From positions 160,001 to 224,000 of the forward strand of contig CAVPIB010000001.1 in assembly GCA_963704885.1 (NCBI GenBank): a stretch of DNA of 64,000 bases, given 5' to 3'. This DNA is from an uncultured Actinomycetes bacterium (GTDB lineage Bacteria; Actinomycetota; UBA4738; HRBIN12). How positions within the stretch are numbered: the stretch's first letter is position 1; each line of letters begins with the position of its first letter. The translations under genes and the position numbers were made by a program. This document shows, in pieces, positions 59,067-64,000 of the stretch. The notes beneath the pieces were generated by a model. The model had not been told where the DNA came from and ran no database searches. It worked only from the letters and a program-made list of their open reading frames with translations.

Positions 59067-59156
59067 CGGATTCATCCGAGCCGACTACGCGGATCAGCCA
59101 TCACAGGCCGTACCATGTCGGGGTCCATCGTCGAGATCACAGATTCGGAGGCGTCG

Positions 59157-59648
59157 ATGAAGCTGACCAGGTTCCTGGCCGTGTTGATCGTCGGAGCATT
59201 CGTCCTCGCCGCATGCGGTGGGGGCGATGACGGGGATACGGTGTCCCCTGCGGCCGGTGACGGCGGCGGGGACACCGGTGGAGTCACGGGTGTCTTCGAC
59301 ACCGCCGAATGCGCACAGGCGGTCACCGCCTGGAGCGCCGCCGCGGCCGCCGTGCCGGCGGCGATGAGCGGATCGGCCGGCGACCTGGATACCACGCTCG
59401 CCCAGCTCCAGGCGTTCGCGGACGCGGCGCCCGAGGAGATCCGGGCGGATCTGGTGCTCGTCTACCAGGGATACGGCGCGTTCATGACAGCCATACAGGA
59501 CTCCGGCTACGACCCGAGCAGCGGTGAGGTGCCGTCCGCCGACGCGATGGCCGCGATGGAGGCGGCGAGCGCGACACTCGATGATCCCGAGTTCACGGCG
59601 GCGTCCGACCGCGTGAGCGCGTGGTTCGACGCTAACTGTGGTGGCTGA
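59157..59648 (+). CDS. lipoprotein, hypothetical
   Basis: GGAGG SD, lipobox LAAC, APEEIRAD helical domain. Confidence 0.8.
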   Translation: MKLTRFLAVLIVGAFVLAACGGGDDGDTVSPAAGDGGGDTGGVTGVFDTAECAQAVTAWSAAAAAVPAAMSGSAGDLDTTLAQLQAFADAAPEEIRADLVLVYQGYGAFMTAIQDSGYDPSSGEVPSADAMAAMEAASATLDDPEFTAASDRVSAWFDANCGG

Positions 59649-59682
59649 CCGACCTACCAACTGAGCGACCTATCATCGGGCC

Positions 59683-60345
59683 GTGCATCGGTTCATCGCG
59701 GTCCTGGTCGTGGCGGCCTGCTCGCTGGTGCCCTCCGTGGCCTCGGATGCCGCACCCCGCCGCCTTCCGGTGTTCGAGGCCGATGTGTCGATGTTGGATC
59801 GAGCCGCCCGGGAGCTGATGATCGGGCGCTCCTGGCACGCCGGCTGTCCGGTACCGCTGCGTGATCTCCGGCTGATAGAGCTCACCTACTACGGCTTCGA
59901 CGGACACGCGCATCGGGGCCAGCTGGTCGTCCATCGTTGGTACGCCGCTGGATTCGTCGGGGTGTTCCACCGGCTCTACGACGCCCGCTACCCGATCAGA
60001 AGGATGCGACTGGTCGACCGCTACGGCGCCGACGACTCGCGCTCGATGGCGGCAGATAACACGTCGGCGTTCAACTGCCGGCTTCGCGCAGGGTCTTCCA
60101 CAGAGTGGTCTCAGCATGCGTACGGGCGCGCCATCGACGTGAACCCGGTGGAGAACCCCTTCGTCACGCCCACTCACGTATCTCCGCCCGCGGGGATCCA
60201 CTACTTGGATCGAACGCAGACCCTGCCGGGCATGATCCACCTTCGCGACCGGGTCTGGTGGGCGTTCCACGCGATCGGGTGGGTGTGGGGCGGCACCTGG
60301 ACAGGCACGATCGACTACCAGCACTTCAGCGCGAACGGGCGGTAG
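59683..60345 (+). CDS. M15 family peptidoglycan metallopeptidase (D,D-carboxypeptidase-like)
   Basis: NTSAFNCR, SQHAYGRAIDVNP, WGG.W..DYQHF. Confidence 0.88.
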   Translation: MHRFIAVLVVAACSLVPSVASDAAPRRLPVFEADVSMLDRAARELMIGRSWHAGCPVPLRDLRLIELTYYGFDGHAHRGQLVVHRWYAAGFVGVFHRLYDARYPIRRMRLVDRYGADDSRSMAADNTSAFNCRLRAGSSTEWSQHAYGRAIDVNPVENPFVTPTHVSPPAGIHYLDRTQTLPGMIHLRDRVWWAFHAIGWVWGGTWTGTIDYQHFSANGR

Positions 60346-60352
60346 AGGTCTA

Positions 60353-60373
60353 ACTAGTCTGGGTCGGACTAGC
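60353..60373. repeat. palindrome copy 4 (ACTAGTCTG-GGT-CGGACTAGC)
   Basis: 16/18 match; at the M15/M23 convergent junction, contains the M23 stop. Confidence 0.8.
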
Positions 60374-61169
60374 AGACGGCCATCAGGTAGGCGTGCGGGT
60401 CCACCGCGCTGCCGTTGCCCGGGTGCCACTCGAAATGATCGTGGTACCCGCCGGCGTCGCCCGTGGCGCCCACGTAGCCGATCACGTCGCCGGCCTGCAC
60501 CTCACCGAGCTGACCGTATCCGGACAGGTGCGCGTTGTAGACGTATCCGTGTTCGCCGAACACCTTGACGGCCAAGCCACCGAGCTCGTTCGAGCTGGCC
60601 TCTGCTACGCCGTCGAACGGCGCCACGATCGGGGTGCCCGACGCCGCGATGATGTCGTTGCCCTGATGGATGTGCTTCGGCACTTCGGGCTTGATGACCC
60701 AAACACCGAAGTCGTCGATCACCTCGTTGGATCCCGCGACCGGGCACGCACGGAAGATCCCGAACGTCTGGATCCACTCGGTGAGACTCAGGCGCTGGGT
60801 CCGAAGCACGACCGTCCGCTCCCGGATGAAACGCTCCAGCTCGCGGAGCTTGAGGTTGAGCTCGTGTCGCAGCCCGGTCAGGTGTTCTTGGCGGCGGCTC
60901 CACCGCGCTCGGTCCGATGCAAGCGACGGCCCCTTGGCCTTGACGCGGTCGATGCGGCTCTGGATACCTCGGATCTGGTGGTGCAGGTTCTGTCGGCCGA
61001 TGCGTCGGACCTCGTGGATCCGCACGAGCTTCTTCACCGTGACCTTGCGCTCACGCAGGGCGCCGCTGAGCTGGGTGTCCGCGCCTGCGGCGGCCACCAC
61101 GCCTCCCACGATGAGTACGGCGCTCAGGATGAACGCCGCTCCGCGCCAGACCATCTTCGTGCGATCCAA
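60369..61169 (-). CDS. M23 family metallopeptidase with N-terminal coiled coil
   Basis: HQGND, YNAHL, GYVGATG, HDHFEWH; signal peptide; GGAGG SD before TTG. Confidence 0.88.
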   Translation of the reverse strand: MDRTKMVWRGAAFILSAVLIVGGVVAAAGADTQLSGALRERKVTVKKLVRIHEVRRIGRQNLHHQIRGIQSRIDRVKAKGPSLASDRARWSRRQEHLTGLRHELNLKLRELERFIRERTVVLRTQRLSLTEWIQTFGIFRACPVAGSNEVIDDFGVWVIKPEVPKHIHQGNDIIAASGTPIVAPFDGVAEASSNELGGLAVKVFGEHGYVYNAHLSGYGQLGEVQAGDVIGYVGATGDAGGYHDHFEWHPGNGSAVDPHAYLMAVC

Positions 61170-61203
61170 CCTCTCCGACCTCCCCAGTCCTGACGCTTCC
61201 GGG

Positions 61204-61281
61204 TATCGGCACGGAGGGCTTCGGTTCTTGAGGGCACCGGTGCACAGGTTCGGGGTTCAGACACGTCTCTAACGCGCCGAT
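61204..61281. promoter_or_regulatory. back-to-back sigma28/WhiG-type promoters
   Basis: Minus strand CTCAAG-N16-GCCGATA (61232..61204); plus strand TTCAG-N15-GCCGAT (61256..61281). Confidence 0.55.
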
Positions 61282-61343
61282 GGGAAGGGGAGTCGGCTCC
61301 GGTCGACGTGAGAGATCGTTCCGAGGGACCGGGGGAATAGACG

Positions 61344-63116
61344 TTGAAGACAGATCGTCGAACCCGCGATCGGGTCCGCCTGTTCTTCTGGGCGGTGCTG
61401 GCCGCCGTGTGTGTGGTGGCCGTGCTGGTGGCGCGCCAGCAGCAACAGCAGGGCCTGGTCCGCAAGTCTGAGGCTGCGGAGGATCGGGCGGTCCGCTACA
61501 CCCACAACACACTGGTCGGTCGGATCGGTGAGACTCGGGCCAGCCGCCCCTTCGCGGGTTCCAGCCTTGACACGTTCGATGCGGAGGTCCGGCGCGCGCT
61601 GTTCACCGATCGCCGGGTCCTTCGGGTACGTCTGTGGAGTCCCGACGGGCTCCTCGTGTTCACGACCGATGATCCCGAGGAGATCGGCAAGCTGACCTCC
61701 ACCGATGAAGGCCTTCGCGCGGCGCTCAAGGGCGAGATCGCCAGCCTGATCACGTACGAGACGCTGGCGCCCGACCAGTCGACGACTCCTGCCCGTATCG
61801 AGCTGCTCGCCACGTATGTCCCCTTGCGTACGTCCGACGAGGATCGCGTCTACGCGGTCGCTGAGATCGACAACGACTACGGCCTTCTGCGCGACGGGAC
61901 ATCGCGTCCCTGGCTGCAGATGCAGGTGGCGTTCGGCCTCGTGGCCGTCCTCTGCCTGGTCATGACCGTGCTCTCGTTCATCTGGTCGCGGCGGCCACAG
62001 GAGGTCGCCGGGTTCGGCCCCAGCCGTCGCGAGGTTCGCGCCGCGGCGCGGGACGACCGTAAGGTCGCCGAGGCTAAGGCCGACGTCGAAGCCGCGAAAG
62101 CCGAGACCGCCATCTTGCGTGAAAGGGTGCACGAGCTGGAACGACGTCCGGAGCAGGCCACGACGCCCGAGGTCGATCCCGCCGAACTGGAGCGCCTCAC
62201 GGCGCGTGCGGGACAACTCGAGGAGCAGTCCCGCGCGGCCGAGGGACGGACGGCGCAGCTGCAGGCTCGGGTCACGGAGCTGGAGGCTCAGCTCCGGATG
62301 ACGACGGATCAGCTGCGCGCCGCGGCCAAGCGTGTTGAGGGGCCCCCGGAGGTCCCCGCCGAGTTCAGAGCGAAGCTCGAGGCCGTCGAGGAGAACGAAC
62401 GCCGGCTGGGCACCGAGCTCCAGCTCGCACGTGAAGAGGCGGAGAGTGCGGTGAAGGCGCGGATCGTCGCCGAACAGGACCGGGCCGAGCTGGAGCAGGT
62501 GAAGCAGGGTGAGCTAGATCAGATCCGTGCACAGGTGCGGATGGCCGAGGAGGAACGCCAGCAGATCCTGGCGGAGGCGGCGAAGAGCCCCACCGCCGAG
62601 CCGGTCTTCTCCGAGGATGCCCAGACGCGGATCGCGGAACTGGAGCAGGCGTTGCAGCGCTCGGAGACGGAACGCGGGATGCTCCGCTCCGGGCGGCCGG
62701 AGACGGTCTACGAGGTCCGCAACCGGGAGTTGGAGGACGAGCTGGCTCAGGTCCGGGAACAACTCGCCGTGGCGGAGGGCCGCGCCCGGACGGCGGACGC
62801 GGCCAAGGCCGGCGTGGACCCCGGAGTGATCGTGGCGCTCGAGGAGCGGATCACCGCCGCCGAGGAGCGCGCGCGAGAGGCGGAGCGGCTGCTGGGACAG
62901 GCGAAGAGCCGGGGCGGGAGCCGTTCGCGTGCATCCATCAGGAACGGCGCAGACGACGGGAGCGACGCCGATGCCGCGCCCGCCGCGAGCACGGACGAGG
63001 CTGCGGCCCCGGACGAAGAGACACCCGAGGTGGATGGCAGCGAGCTCCGGAGCCGTCTGGTGCGCAGCACCGACGCTCGACGCAGGGGCGTCTCGAAGAC
63101 GTCTGATCGCAGCTAG
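61344..63116 (+). CDS. membrane protein: extracytoplasmic sensor-like domain between two TMs plus long coiled coil
   Basis: TM, RVRLWSPDG.LVF (PDC/Cache-like), TM, about 350 aa E/R/A/Q-rich helical region. Confidence 0.72.
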   Translation: MKTDRRTRDRVRLFFWAVLAAVCVVAVLVARQQQQQGLVRKSEAAEDRAVRYTHNTLVGRIGETRASRPFAGSSLDTFDAEVRRALFTDRRVLRVRLWSPDGLLVFTTDDPEEIGKLTSTDEGLRAALKGEIASLITYETLAPDQSTTPARIELLATYVPLRTSDEDRVYAVAEIDNDYGLLRDGTSRPWLQMQVAFGLVAVLCLVMTVLSFIWSRRPQEVAGFGPSRREVRAAARDDRKVAEAKADVEAAKAETAILRERVHELERRPEQATTPEVDPAELERLTARAGQLEEQSRAAEGRTAQLQARVTELEAQLRMTTDQLRAAAKRVEGPPEVPAEFRAKLEAVEENERRLGTELQLAREEAESAVKARIVAEQDRAELEQVKQGELDQIRAQVRMAEEERQQILAEAAKSPTAEPVFSEDAQTRIAELEQALQRSETERGMLRSGRPETVYEVRNRELEDELAQVREQLAVAEGRARTADAAKAGVDPGVIVALEERITAAEERAREAERLLGQAKSRGGSRSRASIRNGADDGSDADAAPAASTDEAAAPDEETPEVDGSELRSRLVRSTDARRRGVSKTSDRS

Positions 63117-63688
63117 AGGGCCAGCGGGTCGACCGCGTAGGTGGATCTGAGCATCTGGTCCATCTCGTCTGCTGGGAGCGACTCCTGCGGGCGCATCCCG
63201 TACCGCGACGCGACGTCTGCATGTTCCCCGCAGAGCGGGAGCATCTCGTCGCGGGGATACCAACCGACGACCGTCGGCGCGGCGGCCTGCGGGCGATGCT
63301 GCCAGAAGCAGAACTGGCAGATCAGTCGCAAGCGTTGCGGGTAGCCGAACCGCGCACGGAAACCCAGCTCGTGTTCGATCACACGGCCCCAGAGCGCCAC
63401 TCGACCCAGCACCGCCGGGTTCCGCGTCTTCCGGAGCAGGTCGATCTCATGGGTGCCGTGGAGACCGCACGAGCATCCAACGTCCGGAGCATCGTGGAAC
63501 CACCCCACACGACAGCTCGCCTCGGCGGGTCGTCCGGGGATCCATGCCCGAGCCCGTCCGGCGACCGGGCGCAGCAGCAGGTTCGACCCGTCGCGGTGGC
63601 CGGTCAACGCCCAGGCCCGCCACGCGAGGACCGCCTCGGTCGACACATCCACCGGGAGCGACCGCTCGAGGGTGACGCCGCGGGTCAT
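63113..63688 (-). CDS. hypothetical Cys/His-rich protein
   Basis: AWRAW, C-x4-H-x2-P-x3-CSCGLH, LWGRVIEH..GFRA, CQFC...CGEH. Confidence 0.75.
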   Translation of the reverse strand: MTRGVTLERSLPVDVSTEAVLAWRAWALTGHRDGSNLLLRPVAGRARAWIPGRPAEASCRVGWFHDAPDVGCSCGLHGTHEIDLLRKTRNPAVLGRVALWGRVIEHELGFRARFGYPQRLRLICQFCFWQHRPQAAAPTVVGWYPRDEMLPLCGEHADVASRYGMRPQESLPADEMDQMLRSTYAVDPLAL

Positions 63689-63808
63689 CTACGGCGCCGG
63701 CTCGGAGGGCTGGGGCGCCGGCTCGGGCTCGAGGATGGGGAGTGTTTCCGGCAAGGGCCAGGACGCCGGCTCCACCTCGATGATCCGTTTCGGCCGACCG
63801 ATGTCCAT
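63689..63808 (-). CDS. 39-aa small protein MDIGRPKRIIEVEP...(EP-rich), not in the ORF track
   Basis: GGAGGTG SD 5 nt before ATG; TAG abuts the next ATG. Confidence 0.7.
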   Translation of the reverse strand: MDIGRPKRIIEVEPASWPLPETLPILEPEPAPQPSEPAP

Positions 63809-63862
63809 CTGTTCACCTCCCGGTCGAGACCCGGGCTCGTGTGACCAGCCTACCCCCGTCTA

Positions 63863-64000
63863 TCATGCCTTCGCCAGGCGATATATGCCCTGGAAGTCGC
63901 TGAAGTAGATCCGTCCGTCGGGCCCCGTTTCCATGGAGTAGATCGCACCGTTCGGGCTGTCTAGCACCTGGACCGGGTCACCCGAGACGTCGTTGCGGGC
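63863..64000 (-). CDS. 3' end of a beta-propeller PQQ-dependent sugar dehydrogenase-like protein (truncated by window edge)
   Basis: ...IYSMETGPDGRIYFSDFQGIYRLAKA*. Confidence 0.6.
   Translation of the reverse strand, partial: ARNDVSGDPVQVLDSPNGAIYSMETGPDGRIYFSDFQGIYRLAKA

Noticed and set aside
59645-59672. Direct repeat CTGA-N-CGACCTA x2 before the M15 gene
   Set aside because: Only two short copies overlapping a stop codon and a -10; insufficient support
61170-61343. c-di-AMP (ydaO) riboswitch upstream of the M23 peptidase
   Set aside because: Consensus elements not found; the space is explained by divergent promoter-like motifs

Overview
GC-rich chromosomal window spanning the replication origin of an Actinomycetota bacterium, probably a deep-branching lineage (inferred from gene order and protein sequences). 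The core is the canonical block CCA-adding enzyme, NUDIX, DUF6049, murJ, sigM/anti-sigma, trxB/trxA, cwlM-like, parB/parA/rsmG/jag/yidC/yidD/rnpA/rpmH <-> dnaA/dnaN/recF/dciA/gyrB/gyrA, DUF3566, tRNA-Ile ... tRNA-Ala. It has one perfect parS site, DnaA boxes and DnaA-trios. Accessory genes include NiSOD (sodN/sodX), tusA/dsrE, a molybdate module, pilT, a frameshift-riddled ECF sigma/anti-sigma pair, GNAT+OSBS/NSAR, an egghead-like glycosyltransferase, a two-component/EAL cluster and several peptidoglycan enzymes. Top candidates for new biology: (1) a translationally coupled mau-like operon without MauB/MauG in the window, in which a MauF-MauE fusion has an in-frame UGA at the conserved Cys position followed by a SECIS-like hairpin (predicted selenoprotein), next to a Tat-exported, 10-Cys, single-Trp MauA-like protein with no canonical start codon; (2) a 21-bp palindrome ACTAGTCTG-N3-CAGACTAGT in four copies placed nearly symmetrically around oriC, one embedded in a CDS using rare codons; (3) several sigma28/WhiG-type promoters suggesting a c-di-GMP/pilus/cell-surface regulon. 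All family calls are by eye from motifs; no searches were run.
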